IMG/VR virus record: IMGVR_UViG_3300008114_000018
DNA length: 64,000 bases
Source of the DNA: an uncultured virus (IMG/VR IMGVR_UViG_3300008114_000018)
Lineage: Duplodnaviria; Heunggongvirae; Uroviricota; Caudoviricetes
Direction: 5' to 3' (one strand)
Both the position numbers and the translations under genes were made by a program. Below are positions 9,695 to 21,573 of the stretch, piece by piece. Position 1 is the stretch's first letter, and every line of letters starts with the position of its first letter. A model generated the notes under the pieces. It made no database searches. It saw only the letters and a list, made by a program, of their open reading frames with translations, and was not told the DNA's origin.

Positions 9695-12600
9695 ATGGCA
9701 CAACAAATTCCAGTACAAACAATAATAGATCCTAAAACAGATACGGGATTAACCAACTATAATACAACGATTTCCAAGGTTCCTACGAACGCAGCGAACG
9801 TTTTCGTTACCAGTGTTACAAACAACACGACCCAAATTAACACACAGGTGTTCCAAACTCAAACAAACGCTAACGCAGCGGCTGGGGCATCTACTCAAGT
9901 ACAATTTAACGACCGCGGGATACTAGCAGGTAGCCCGGGTTTCACATACAACACTAATACAAGTTCATTAATTGTAACGGGGAACGTCACTACAAGTACG
10001 ATTCGTACTAACACATTGCTATATCAAAATGGCGATCCAATGATGTTTTCGTATTCTAATGCGAATGTAACTAGCTTCTTACCAACATATGGTGGCAATT
10101 TAAGCGCAACGCAAGTAACAGCATTAAACTTTGTGGGTAACGGTGCGTTATTAAGTAATATCACAGGCTCAACTGTTACTGGTACAGTTGCATCTGCTAA
10201 TTATGCGACTGAATCTAACAGAGCTAATACAGTAATGTCAGCTAGTCAGCCAAACATTACTAGTGTTGGCACATTATTAAATCTAACAGTTGAAGGAAGT
10301 GTACAAGCTAACAATATTTCAGCAACAAACTCAATATTTGCTAACAGAATTGCAGGTGATGGTGCCAACATTAGCAATATCACTGGTGCATTTGTTACTG
10401 GAGTAGTTGCTAATGCTAATTACGCTGCATTATCAGGAACAGCAAACACTGTTAGCACTTCTGCTCAACCTAATATTACTAGTGTTGGTATACTAACTGG
10501 ATTACAAGTTGGTGGTAACCTATTAGTAAGCAATGCAGATTTAGGTAACATGGTTTATGCTAACCATTACAGCGGTAATGGTAGTATGCTTAATAATTTA
10601 ACCGGTGCTAATGTAACTGGTGTAGTACCAATGGCAGAAGAATCGAATGTGGCAGTAAACGTTAGTTCAAGTAGCCAGCCAAACATTACAAGTGTTGGTA
10701 CACTAACAAGCTTAACAGTGACAGGTGCAATTACAGGAAGCAATGTAAACTTTGACACAGTTAACGCACAGTTCTTAGTAGGCGATGGCGGTAACATTAC
10801 AGATATTGCTGCAACAGAAATCGTTGGTACAGTTGCTAATGCAACTCATGCCGCAGTAGCAGCAACAGCTAATACAGTAGCTGGTGCTAATGTAACTGGA
10901 ACAGTTGCTAATGCTACACATTCAAATACTTCAGCAGTTGCTTATAGTGTTGCTGGTGCTAACGTTACCGGAACAGTAGCAGATGCAGCACATGCAATCG
11001 TTGCTGATAGTGCTAATAGTGTTGCAGGTGCAGACGTAACTGGTACCGTAGCAAATGCAACCCATGCAATTAGTTCAGATAGTGCAAGTAGTGTTGCTGG
11101 TGCTAACGTTACAGGTCAAGTGTCCAATGCATTAGTTTCTGGCACGGTTTATACAAATGCACAGCCAAACATTACAAGTGTTGGCACATTAACTAGCTTA
11201 TCTGTAACAGGAAATGTAAGCGCAGGTAACATAACAGTATCCGGAGCAATTAGTGCTGCAAGTGTAGCAGGTGATGCTATTAACCTAAGTAATATTCCCG
11301 GTGCTAATGTAGCAGGTACTGTTGCAAATGCAGCATATTCCACAACAGCAGGTGTAGTAAGTATTAGTTCACAACCAAACATCACTAGTGTTGGTACATT
11401 GACAACGGTTGAAGTACTAACATCAGCAAACGTTGGCCAATTAAATGCAAACGGTAATGTATCAGGTAATGTAATAAGTGGTAATTTATTTGTAGGCAGT
11501 GGCGCTAACTTAACAAACATACCAGCAGCAAATATTTCTGGAACTGTAGCCAATGCTACTTATGCTGTTAATGCCAATGCAGCTAATGCATCACTTGTAG
11601 CAGCAACAGTTACAGACAGTAGCCAACCTAACATTACTAGTGTTGGTACTCTAGCAAGTGTTACTGTATCCGGAGTGTCCAACTTTGGTGCAGTAGGAAA
11701 TGTTAAGATTACAGGCGGTGCTAGTGGTCAAGCACTCGTAACAGACGGTGCAGGTAATCTAAGCTTCTCAACCGTCGCTACAGAATCATATGTTACTTCA
11801 GAAATTTCTAATGTGATTAATGGTGCACCTGGTGCACTGAACACATTAAATGAATTAGCAAATGCATTAGCAAATGATGCTAGCTATTCAACCACAATCA
11901 CAAACGCATTAGCTTTAAAAGCCGACAGTTCTAGTTTGGCAACAGTAGCGACTAGTGGTAGTTACAGTGACTTAACAAACAAGCCAACATTATTTGATGG
12001 TGCATATAGTAGTTTAACTGGATCACCAACACTAGCTACAGTAGCAACAAGTGGTAGCTACAATGATTTAAATGACAAACCAAGCATACCTAGCTTAACT
12101 GGCTACGCTACAGAAACTTATGTAACAACCTCATTAACTTGGTCTAACGTAAGTAGTAAGCCAACATTTGCTACAGTTGCAACAAGTGGTGCATATGCAG
12201 ACTTAAGTGGTCTACCAACATTGGGTAATATTGCTAGTGCAAACTTCGATGGTAGTGCAAGTAACGTATTATATGGCAATGGTGTATTCGCTGCTGCGAC
12301 TGGTGGCGGCGGTGGCATCACACTAACCAGCTTAAGTGTATCATCAACTACAGCATCCGGTGGTGGAAGTCTATCATATGACAATACAACGGGCGCATTT
12401 ACATTTGCTCCTGCAAGTATCCCAAGCTTAGCTACAGTAGCAACAAGTGGTAGCTATAGTGACTTAACAAACAAGCCAGCATTGTTTGATGGGGCTTATA
12501 CTAGCTTGACTGGAGCACCAGCATTATTCGACGGTGCGTATTCTAGTTTAACAGGAGCACCTAGCTTAGCTACAGTTGCAACAAGTGGTGCATATAGTGA

Positions 12601-12829
12601 CTTAAGTGGTACCCCAACATTAGCTACAGTAGCAACAAGTGGTAGCTATGATGACTTAAGTGACAAGCCAAGTATACCAAGTATCACTGGTCTATTAAGT
12701 TGGACTACAGCGCCAGCTACCGCAGCTTCAACGGGAACTACGGGTCAGATAGCGTATGATTCAGGATATCTATATGTATGTGTATCTACAGATACTTGGG
12801 TGCGCACTGCATTAAGTACATGGTCGTAA
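9695..12829 (+). CDS. Long repetitive fibre protein
   Basis: QPNITSVG repeats, GANVTGTVANA repeats and LATVATSG.Y.DL repeats; C-terminal GQIAYDSGYLYVC module. Confidence 0.85.
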   Translation: MAQQIPVQTIIDPKTDTGLTNYNTTISKVPTNAANVFVTSVTNNTTQINTQVFQTQTNANAAAGASTQVQFNDRGILAGSPGFTYNTNTSSLIVTGNVTTSTIRTNTLLYQNGDPMMFSYSNANVTSFLPTYGGNLSATQVTALNFVGNGALLSNITGSTVTGTVASANYATESNRANTVMSASQPNITSVGTLLNLTVEGSVQANNISATNSIFANRIAGDGANISNITGAFVTGVVANANYAALSGTANTVSTSAQPNITSVGILTGLQVGGNLLVSNADLGNMVYANHYSGNGSMLNNLTGANVTGVVPMAEESNVAVNVSSSSQPNITSVGTLTSLTVTGAITGSNVNFDTVNAQFLVGDGGNITDIAATEIVGTVANATHAAVAATANTVAGANVTGTVANATHSNTSAVAYSVAGANVTGTVADAAHAIVADSANSVAGADVTGTVANATHAISSDSASSVAGANVTGQVSNALVSGTVYTNAQPNITSVGTLTSLSVTGNVSAGNITVSGAISAASVAGDAINLSNIPGANVAGTVANAAYSTTAGVVSISSQPNITSVGTLTTVEVLTSANVGQLNANGNVSGNVISGNLFVGSGANLTNIPAANISGTVANATYAVNANAANASLVAATVTDSSQPNITSVGTLASVTVSGVSNFGAVGNVKITGGASGQALVTDGAGNLSFSTVATESYVTSEISNVINGAPGALNTLNELANALANDASYSTTITNALALKADSSSLATVATSGSYSDLTNKPTLFDGAYSSLTGSPTLATVATSGSYNDLNDKPSIPSLTGYATETYVTTSLTWSNVSSKPTFATVATSGAYADLSGLPTLGNIASANFDGSASNVLYGNGVFAAATGGGGGITLTSLSVSSTTASGGGSLSYDNTTGAFTFAPASIPSLATVATSGSYSDLTNKPALFDGAYTSLTGAPALFDGAYSSLTGAPSLATVATSGAYSDLSGTPTLATVATSGSYDDLSDKPSIPSITGLLSWTTAPATAASTGTTGQIAYDSGYLYVCVSTDTWVRTALSTWS

Positions 12830-12844
12830 TTTTTAGTACCCATT

Positions 12845-12870
12845 AAAAAAGCCCCGTAAGGGGCTTTTTT
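12845..12870. terminator. Bidirectional rho-independent terminator
   Basis: AAAAAAGCCCC-GTAA-GGGGCTTTTTT between convergent gene blocks. Confidence 0.9.
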
Positions 12871-14231
12871 ATTTTACTTGTTTAAGCATGTGATCAGAAT
12901 ATTTATTGTCACACATTGATATAACATCACTAAACGGCCATTCTAAATAAAACGGACAACCGTTCTCCCACTTACTATTCTTTTTGAAAAACTTAAGTTC
13001 GTTCAAATCCTCACGTTTACTCGGATCAAAATAGCGTCTGCGTTGTGCAAACCTATGTAGTACAGTTATGTGTTCATAACTGTTCATTAACTACGTTCCA
13101 TTTGTGTAGCTTCGGTAATAAGTGCGGTGACTTGATTAAGATCGTTACATAAAATCTTTACACTAGTCCAATCGTCGTTATCATCTCTACCGCTTATTTC
13201 AAAAAGAAAACCATTGTCGTACATGCGGATACTCATATCCTCATCGACTTTGGCTAGTTTATCAGAAATTTTCATTCATACTCCTAAGGAAAGATAGGGG
13301 CAACAAGTGCCCCTGTATACAATTATTCAACCGTTGCAGTTGCTTTGCCGCGGGCTTTGATTGCGTTGAGGCTTGGCTTCGGTGCCTTAGTAGCCTTAAC
13401 TTTAACTTCGCCACTCTTTGCAGTCTTTTCACGATCTGCAAGGCTGTCAGCGATGAGTGCCTGATCGTCAGGGCTCTGAAAATCCTGATGACCTTGTAGA
13501 TACTTGAGTGCATCTACCTTACTCATTGCACTAGGCAATTCCATCAAATCGATGCGAGTTGCACCGCCCTTAGTAAACTGCTTAACACGGCGAATCAAAT
13601 CATCAGTAAAGCGAACCTTACTGTTACCGTTGTGAGTTGTGATACCTGCTACTTTGAACACTTGCTCAGTCATACATAGACCTCTTAAGGTTAGTTAATA
13701 ATAAAATTAAAATGTGTTTATCACACAAGTATAATGATAACACCGATTCTTTTTAATGTCAACAATCGGTGTTACCAAAATCAGATTTAGTTGCCCAAAA
13801 CGTAGGGTTTATTCCAACGACCAATGTTAACATCGATATACCAGCCCACATCAAAATAATCGGTTTGGATATCCGAGTTATCGTGGTTGCCGTCGTTCAT
13901 TGCATGTAGAATTTCACGCAGGAACTGTTTGGCAACACCATCGAAATGTTCATGATACCAAAACGGGTTAACATCGATATAATCTACTGCAGGGCGAAAA
14001 CCACCGTATTGTGCGTAACGTGGGTTGTCAATATTGAAACTATTGTAGTTGCCAATAAAATCAATTGCACCCGACTTGATGGTCAAGCAAAGGGTCATGT
14101 GATTACGGACACTTAGTGAACCCTTAACACCATACTTTTTAAGAATTGCCTTAACGACTGGGGCGATTTTTGCTTTACGTTCCTGAGACATGTATGCCAT
14201 TTGTTGCTCCTTGTTTGTCAGTTAATGTAGC

Positions 14232-14261
14232 TATTATATATCCGAACCGATTTATTGTCAA
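14232..14261 (-). promoter_or_regulatory. Representative phage early promoter TTGACAATAAATC-N11..12-TATAAT
   Basis: The 13-mer GATTTATTGTCAA (+ strand) occurs at 14249, 14475, 15793, 17699, 17916, 20784, 30127 and 38287, each with a TAtAaT-like -10. Confidence 0.85.
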
Positions 14262-15842
14262 CCAAAATTAAATTCTAATACCAAAAGAATTTGTTCGGCC
14301 ACAGTGACGCAAGCTTCCGGGCATTTTAGCAGTAACAGTTTTTGGGGTTTTTTGTGGCTTGCAAATAACTACTTTGTAACCCTCAGTACTTACATATTCA
14401 ACAATTACTTTTTTGTTAACGGTTTTCATAACTAGCCCTTTATCAAGTTAGTAAAGCTATTATATACCCAAACCGATTTATTGTCAAGTTTTGGGCGTGT
14501 TTCTTGAGGGAAACTTTTTGCACCACATACATTTCTCACTTTTATTTCCGTAGAAATATAAGCCCGTATCGGGAAACTTTTGTTTACATGCCTTACATGT
14601 AAACACTTTCATTTCCACTTCTGTTTCTTTTTTAGCAACCTTTTTAGGCGTTACTTTCTTCGCTGGTGTTTCCTTCGCTACTGACTTTTTGGGTAATGGC
14701 ATGTAATCTATCCGCACAGTTTCGAATGTCCTCGCTAAGCTTGCCTACACCAATATTGGATTCGACAAACCTAGCGATATTGTGTAATTCTATAACTGCA
14801 CTTTCATTAGTTGTATCCAACTTCGTAGTCCTCTGGTTCTAGCATATCTGCCTCAAGTACAGCATCCTGATAGGTATTTGCTTCTAGTTGAATTACTTGA
14901 CCATCAGCAAAACATGCCATATAGCCACCTGTTGCAGGATCAGATTCAACACTTACTAGAAAATTTCCCATTACATAGTCCTCTTAATATAGTTGATAAC
15001 AGCCATTGCTTCAGTAAAATCAGTAATGTTATCATCGGTGTTACTTTCAATAACAGCCATTACTTGACGTTTACGATTCAACCCACTGAATGTGACGGTT
15101 GTGTTTAAAACTTTATAATCATTGTCTTTGTACGTACCCATTATTGCTCCTTTGTTTTAACAGTTTCTTTTTTCTCTGGCATCATAGTACTAGTGTACTC
15201 TGCCGATTTCTGTATGTCTTTACCCATGCCTGCAATTGTGTTACAAGCGGTCAAAGAAAACATTGCAATAAATGCTACTATAATTTTCATATCAATCCCA
15301 CTCCTTGTGATCACCTAACTTTTCGTTATAATCATAACCATCCATGTACTCAGTAATTTCTTCCCTAGTAAGTTTAATTACTCTAGTACCATTCCCAGTC
15401 CCTTCGGGGTACCAATGAGGATCACGCGGGCGGCGATAATAACTATCAGCACGACCTCGGTCATACAAACCACCGTGACGGTTACGGTCAAATTGCGGTT
15501 CGTCTTTTAAAATACGAATAACTTTTTCTTTAGTAATTTCCATATTAATCTCCAAGATAGATACCACCTGCTTGACGGCGCTCAAGTTCCCATTGACGGT
15601 GCAAACGCTTGATCAACCATTGGGTAAAATCTTTGACTGCACCAAAATCTTTTACACATACCTTGTGACGCTGGCGAATATCTTTTTCCTGCGCAACATC
15701 AAACCCTAGTGACTTGAACAAAGCTAGTTGTCGTTCTGTTAACATGATTACTCCGTATCAATCAATCAATACCGTTATTATATGCCCAAACGGATTTATT
15801 GTCAACCGTTATCATATTTGCAATAAATGGATAAATATCATT

Positions 15843-16067
15843 ATGACAAGATTACAATTTTATCACTATATAAAGCAATTCATTCTTTATTTTCCTACAC
15901 CGACATCTTTTGTACTAGGAGTGTTATCACTTACCGGTCCAAGTTATATATGTGGGCAACATGGATACGAAATGTCCTTAATGTGGTTTTTAATGAGTTT
16001 AGCACATAGTAAAGTATACATTGATTTTGTAGAGCAATACTTTTGCCCAAACAAACATAAACATTAA
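15843..16067 (+). CDS. Small membrane protein on the opposite strand to its neighbours
   Basis: ATG at 15843 after ATAAATA; two hydrophobic stretches. Confidence 0.5.
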   Translation: MTRLQFYHYIKQFILYFPTPTSFVLGVLSLTGPSYICGQHGYEMSLMWFLMSLAHSKVYIDFVEQYFCPNKHKH

Positions 16068-17924
16068 TTACCTAGATAGCATCTTAGCTAGGTAGTTGTG
16101 TATCTCAGCCATTTCCTCATGATCCACATAAAAATCAGTCAATGGATCGTAATACTTGCCCTCTTTTGGATCGTAGTACAATACACGACCATCTGAGTAG
16201 AAGAAAGGACCCTCTAGACCTTTGCGGGGCTGCCAGCGATTATCACGCTCGTTTAAGATTTTGTATGCCATATTATTTGTAGGTTTTAACGTCCCAGATA
16301 AGAAACAAACCAATGCCTAACCAAAATAGACCCGTCATTACATTACCTAATGCAATGTTTACAAGCCCACTCATTACGTTTAGATATCCAATTGAATATC
16401 CAATTATAGCACGGTGCTTCCAAAACCAATCTACAATTTTCGTTTTCATCATTCCACCCCAAAATGTTTTTTAACATCATCAACACAACGGCGAACTTCC
16501 CAGTCCTCACGATTTAGGTCGCCCATAAATCGTCTGTTCAATACACCAATACAATCCTTGACAATCAGATCCGCAAACTTAAGTATGGCAGTGCGGTCGT
16601 ACTCATCCATCTCATCCCAACAGCCTTGTGCTGTTAGTCCGGCTTCGTACATAAGGTCATCAAATTTATTTGTCATAGTTTAGTTTTAATACTTTGAATA
16701 ACTTCCTCTGCCTCATCGGTAGTTTCAACTTGATCGATTATTGCAAGCTTCATCATTTCAATGAGGCTATAACAATCACGTTGGTCTTGTTTAGGCAGTG
16801 TAGATATAAAACTTTCAACACCTTCCATTGTTTCAATAGCCCACATGATATCACATAATGCAGCTTGCTTTTCTGTTAAGCCTTCTAGTTCGAATAACAT
16901 TTAGCCTCCGTATATCAGTAATGCTACTATAAAACCGGCTACAAAAGCAAGCATTAAGTTGACCATTTTGTCGCCAGTTTCAGGACTTGGTGTAGGAATA
17001 GCATCGATAAAATTTTCTAAAAATCTTTTCATATTAAAGCCCCCAATAGCAATTACACAAAAAATCTGCGGTTTCGTTATCATACAAATAACTTAAAGTT
17101 TTCCATACAGAATCTTCAACATTATTGTATTCGCGGAAACCCGTGTAAAGATTTTTAAAATACATTTCATCCCCACGGGCTTCGGTATATCTTTCGGCTC
17201 GTTTTAAGAATTCTAGTGTGTACATTTTTATTCCTCTTATACCATCTGTAAGGGGTTACGGCGACGCAAGTGTGCGAGTGCCTGCTCTTTGCTATCAAAC
17301 CTTCCTGAGATCGGGGTTTGATGACGACCACGCACAATGTACCATCCGTTCAGTAATTTATTGAATACGATTTTCATAATTACATACTCCAGTAAGTTTC
17401 GCTGGACGGGCTGCAATAGTAAGGAGTGTCGTAACGCTCCTGAAACTCTTTACCATTCATCATGTTTTTGCGGGTGATATAAGTTTCAAAAACTTCAACA
17501 ATAAAACCCAACTTACGCTTGCCTTCAGCAACCGCTTGGATGTAATCTTTGGTGCTAGGAGCAAAATCTTGTTTTGCATACAAGCGGCGACCTTCTTTGG
17601 TACGCTTGTCAGACTTGTAAATCTCAAGAGTGTATTCGGTAAGCTTCGACATTTACTTCTCCTTATCAGTGACTATAACGATAGTATATCGCCAGTTGGA
17701 TTTATTGTCAAGTTTCGGGTGAATATTTTTTGTGTTTTTGTTGTCTTTTATACAACATTTTGCTTTTGACAACTTTGGGTTTGAATGGGAGGTCGTTATC
17801 AAAAAGAACACGGTGTGCCCTAGTTTTGATGGGTGTTACAAAAGTGACAACTTCTCGTTTCATGATAGTAAAATAATAACATCTATTTATGATACCATCA
17901 TTATAATACTAATTGGATTTATTG

Positions 17925-18224
17925 TCAACCAATTGCAAACTGTACTTGTTTTACACTTTTGACAACAAAACTTCTCCAGCCCATTGCTTCAACATCATAC
18001 ACGGCTATTGAGTTTTCGGGAGTTGCTTTGGGCTTTCTGTTCTCGTTAACTACAGTAGGAGGGAGTAGCATTGGATCAAGTGTGCATTTCATCACCCGTT
18101 CAGTGCCATCTTTTTTCATAAAGGTGACAGTAACGGTTGTTTCTTTTAGCACACCTGATATCCAAGTTTTGAAGGTACTCCACTCAACGTCTGTCCATGA
18201 ACTTGCTGGCGTAACATTATTCAT
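17925..18224 (-). CDS. WYL/Sm-like SH3 barrel protein
   Basis: VTF.KKDGTER.M.CT...VYDVE..GWRSF pattern. Confidence 0.7.
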   Translation of the reverse strand: MNNVTPASSWTDVEWSTFKTWISGVLKETTVTVTFMKKDGTERVMKCTLDPMLLPPTVVNENRKPKATPENSIAVYDVEAMGWRSFVVKSVKQVQFAIG

Positions 18225-18532
18225 TGCTCAACTCCAATTTCTTCACAGGCTTCGTTGACTTTAAACATATCGTCAAAGAATCTATATCCATCTTCTAACA
18301 GTCTGCGAGTATAAAATTTATTAAAGAAAAATGCCAGCATTATTTGTACAGGCAACCAAGTTAATGTAACTACTCCAAATATCCATATGGCAAAGTGTAC
18401 CAATGCCATTGAATAGTGGCCTCTGAGCAGAGGTACCCAGAAGCCAAAAAATAAATAGGTCCAACTGAACCCATAATAACCACGCTTTACAATACCCGTA
18501 GTAGGGTGACGCATTCTAATTGATTTTGCCAT
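18221..18532 (-). CDS. DUF2628/HrgC-like membrane protein
   Basis: GFSWTYLFFGFWVPLLRG...NKFY..RLLEDGY pattern. Confidence 0.55.
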   Translation of the reverse strand: MAKSIRMRHPTTGIVKRGYYGFSWTYLFFGFWVPLLRGHYSMALVHFAIWIFGVVTLTWLPVQIMLAFFFNKFYTRRLLEDGYRFFDDMFKVNEACEEIGVEQ

Positions 18533-18969
18533 TATTCTTTCATAGGTGTAAAAAATGCGGTCTTAATTTTTTCAGGTGTCCATGACTTTAAGTAGTCATT
18601 GTCACTATAACAAAGTTTGACTGCTTCTTCCTCTGAAATAACACGATGACTAGATATTGTCTCGCCCAAATGTAGTTGACTGAATTCTTTTGCTTCTTCC
18701 ATAGTTACAGTATCAAGTGCCCATTCTGCTTTACCAATTGGTACTTCTATACAGTATCTATGCCTGAACATTTGAACAGTTTCAACCAAGACCCACTCTG
18801 TATTTACACTTTTTTCAATTTTTGAGAGGATTACGGTTCCGTCTTCTTCAATGTCCCATTTAAGTTCATCACCCTCTTTCCAGTTAAGGTCTTGGATCAT
18901 TTGATCAGGGAGCTGAACAACGGCGTCACCATCTTCGTTTGTAAATACTTCAAGTTGTCCGAATTTCAT
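18532..18969 (-). CDS. AbrB-like domain protein with C-terminal extension
   Basis: GDAVVQLPDQMIQDLNWKEGDELKW; similar to ORF 5168-5353. Confidence 0.6.
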   Translation of the reverse strand: MKFGQLEVFTNEDGDAVVQLPDQMIQDLNWKEGDELKWDIEEDGTVILSKIEKSVNTEWVLVETVQMFRHRYCIEVPIGKAEWALDTVTMEEAKEFSQLHLGETISSHRVISEEEAVKLCYSDNDYLKSWTPEKIKTAFFTPMKE

Positions 18970-20446
18970 TTTATATATTCCTCTGCGTATCTTAAGGCTA
19001 ATTCATAGTTCTCAAAATTACTCACAAAACTATGACCCATATCATTAGTGACAACGACAAAGAATTTCTTGTCATTTTCTTTGAACAAAATACTACGCTT
19101 ATTGCTCGTCTGGAATATCTGTAGTGGTTTCATAATCGTATAAACTTTGCTTCCAATCAGCTCCTACATAATATTCAAGTAATATTTCCATTGCTTTTTT
19201 ATAGCGTTTGTTTGCCTTTAAATCTTCTTTTTGATAGGGCTTCAAATTTTCTTTACTATCTTTTAAATTTCTAATATCACTCTTTAGATTTTTGTAATCC
19301 TGAATCATAACACTACGAAAAATGCTATCTACTGCATCACTGGTAAGTTCAACCTTCAACATTGTCATCTCCTTCTAGTTGGATTTCATTAAGTTCTTGT
19401 TTAATTTTGGCATAGCGTTCTTCACGTTCTTTTTCTTCTTTAATTCCATGCTCAGTCAATTCTACATCACTTTCGCAATAAGGACAAATCTTTCGGGGGT
19501 CATCAATCTCATTGCCCTCTTTATCTTCCCAAGACCATTGTGCATCATAGCTTTGTCCATTCCATTTACACTTAGTACATTTATGTGTAGGTTCTGGTGG
19601 GGGAGGTTCGTGATGCCAGCTATCCTCATCTCCGTACTCGTATGTAATTTCATATCCGCCTTTGCGGTCTGTCCACCAATCATCATATTGGCGTTCCCAC
19701 TCTAACTCTACATCATTATTCCAGGCGTCTTGTATAATTGATTCTATATCGGCTTCACCTGATTCTACTTCTTGCCAAAGTTTTTCTAGTTCATCTTCAT
19801 CATAATCTGGATAAATTTCTTCTAGTGTATCCTTTGTAAATTCAATTGCAAATTGACTATCAACTTGATGCCATTCATGTTTAACTAGAGTTACCATATT
19901 TTTCCTTTAGGCTGTGAACCATTCATCTTGGTCTTGTGTTATAAGTGTTTCTGCTCCATCATACTCATCAATACGAAACTTTGTACCTTCGGGTACCCAG
20001 TATATGCCCAATCCTTCAACGCCACCGAAATAATGATCGTCACCATAAAACTTTTCGCAATGTGCTAAAATTCTATCATGTGGCCAGTCAAGTTCAATCA
20101 TTTTGACAACATCAGGATCAAACAACAATTCGGGAATGTGATGCCATGAATACCATCCAGCACCAAACCCTGCTGATACTAATACAGCAACTTTTCCATC
20201 TCTTATTAACTTGTTCATTTTATTGTTTTTTCAACCTCGCACACTTAGCCTTGACTTCAATAGGTGTGTTATCTAATTTTTCTGCTAATTCACAATCATA
20301 GGTTACGCTATATTTTTCAATATCGTTTAATCTTAACCAACTATAAACACCGAAACCGAAAAATAGTAGCCATGAAACTACCAAGGCACAAGTGGTAAGG
20401 AACAACTGCATTTGTAATCTACGCATAATGCTATTGTACTATAATT

Positions 20447-20761
20447 TTATTTAAAAGTATTGAGTTTTGGGCAATATTGTTTGAGTAATTCTAGTTCACG
20501 CTGGTGCGCTTCTGCTTTACCGCGCACAATTTCAACAACACCATAATTGAATGCACTAGTACCATGCTTGCGAATACTATTATACAATGCCCAATCTTTG
20601 TTTTCAGCAAATGCTCGTTGGACATGCTTGCGTATGCGTACATGTAGTGATTTTTTGACCGTACTATTCTTATTTGTAATACCAATGTACTGCTCGTTTG
20701 TTGCAGTATTAGTAATTACATAAATGATATGATTACGATCTGATCTGCGTTTTCTAGTCAT
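20447..20761 (-). CDS. GIY-YIG nuclease family protein
   Basis: IIYVITN...QYIGIT motif, conserved R and E, C-terminal LN. Confidence 0.75.
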   Translation of the reverse strand: MTRKRRSDRNHIIYVITNTATNEQYIGITNKNSTVKKSLHVRIRKHVQRAFAENKDWALYNSIRKHGTSAFNYGVVEIVRGKAEAHQRELELLKQYCPKLNTFK

Positions 20762-20776
20762 GCCAACATTATAGCA

Positions 20777-21247
20777 CTAACCGGATTTATTGTCAAGTTT
20801 GGCTAAATGTTTCTTATTTGCTAACTCTAGGGCTTCTGTTAACAATTTGTTAACACGGTTATCTACATCTATTTCCCACGGGCAATTTTTGTACTCGTCA
20901 TAATCAATCTGATCTGGAGGCTTATTGTAGTATGGTATTCCACGCCAATAATATACACCTTGCTTAATTTCTAGTAGCTTGGTGTGTCTTTGGTTAACAT
21001 GTATCAATTCATGTACTAGGATAGTAGGAATTTCATTTGCCTGAAGTGTACTGTTTATGCCAATTCTATAATAAATGTTTTTGTCAACACCACCGTAAAC
21101 TTCATTTGGTAAATCGTATAAACAAATTTCTAGTGAATTGGGTAATTCGATGAGGGTAGAAACTGCATCAACAATACTTGTGATAACAGTTTCTATGAGA
21201 TGGGTTTTGTGAGTATTTCTGTAATAGAACTTTACTTGTGTTGCCAC
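20777..21247 (-). CDS. Putative zinc metallopeptidase
   Basis: HELIH (HExxH) and downstream PWE. Confidence 0.7.
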   Translation of the reverse strand: MATQVKFYYRNTHKTHLIETVITSIVDAVSTLIELPNSLEICLYDLPNEVYGGVDKNIYYRIGINSTLQANEIPTILVHELIHVNQRHTKLLEIKQGVYYWRGIPYYNKPPDQIDYDEYKNCPWEIDVDNRVNKLLTEALELANKKHLAKLDNKSG

Positions 21248-21573
21248 TAGTGCAAGGTCCTGTTGTTTACAAAATCAACATATTGTTCTACTTGCTCTAC
21301 TAGGTCTTCCTTACTATAACCTAATTGTGCAAGTAGTGGGAGAACTTCTATAAACAACCCAAATGTGGCAGTTCCGTATATGTAGTTTTCATCTTCATTG
21401 CCATAATCAAAATCTTGTATTAATGGCATGATAGTATTTTCTATAAACTCACTAGCTTTTTTACCGCTTTCTTCATACTGCCAATCTTCATATGCTTCTT
21501 CTTCTATTTCTTGTATTACATCATTGGCTTTTGTCATGTTAGTCTTTCATAAGAATTACTACTATATATCTAT

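Larger units (their letters stand above)
12869..21537 (-). other. Block of about 30 short, mostly hypothetical early genes
   Basis: Tightly packed - strand ORFs with SD sites (e.g. 12869-13087, 13087-13275, 13323-13673, 13787-14200, 15292-15543, 16068-16271, 16449-16676, 16673-16900, 17380-17652, 19099-19368, 19349-19897, 19907-20218, 21247-21537), behind repeated TTGACA promoters. Confidence 0.75.

Noticed and set aside
7627..12384. Antisense ORFs within the fibre genes, and similar ones inside dnaK and the radical SAM genes
   Set aside because: Artefacts of codon bias on the coding strand
14249..20796. CRISPR array from the recurring GATTTATTGTCAA repeat
   Set aside because: Spacing is hundreds to thousands of bases with genes between; the repeats are -35 promoter elements
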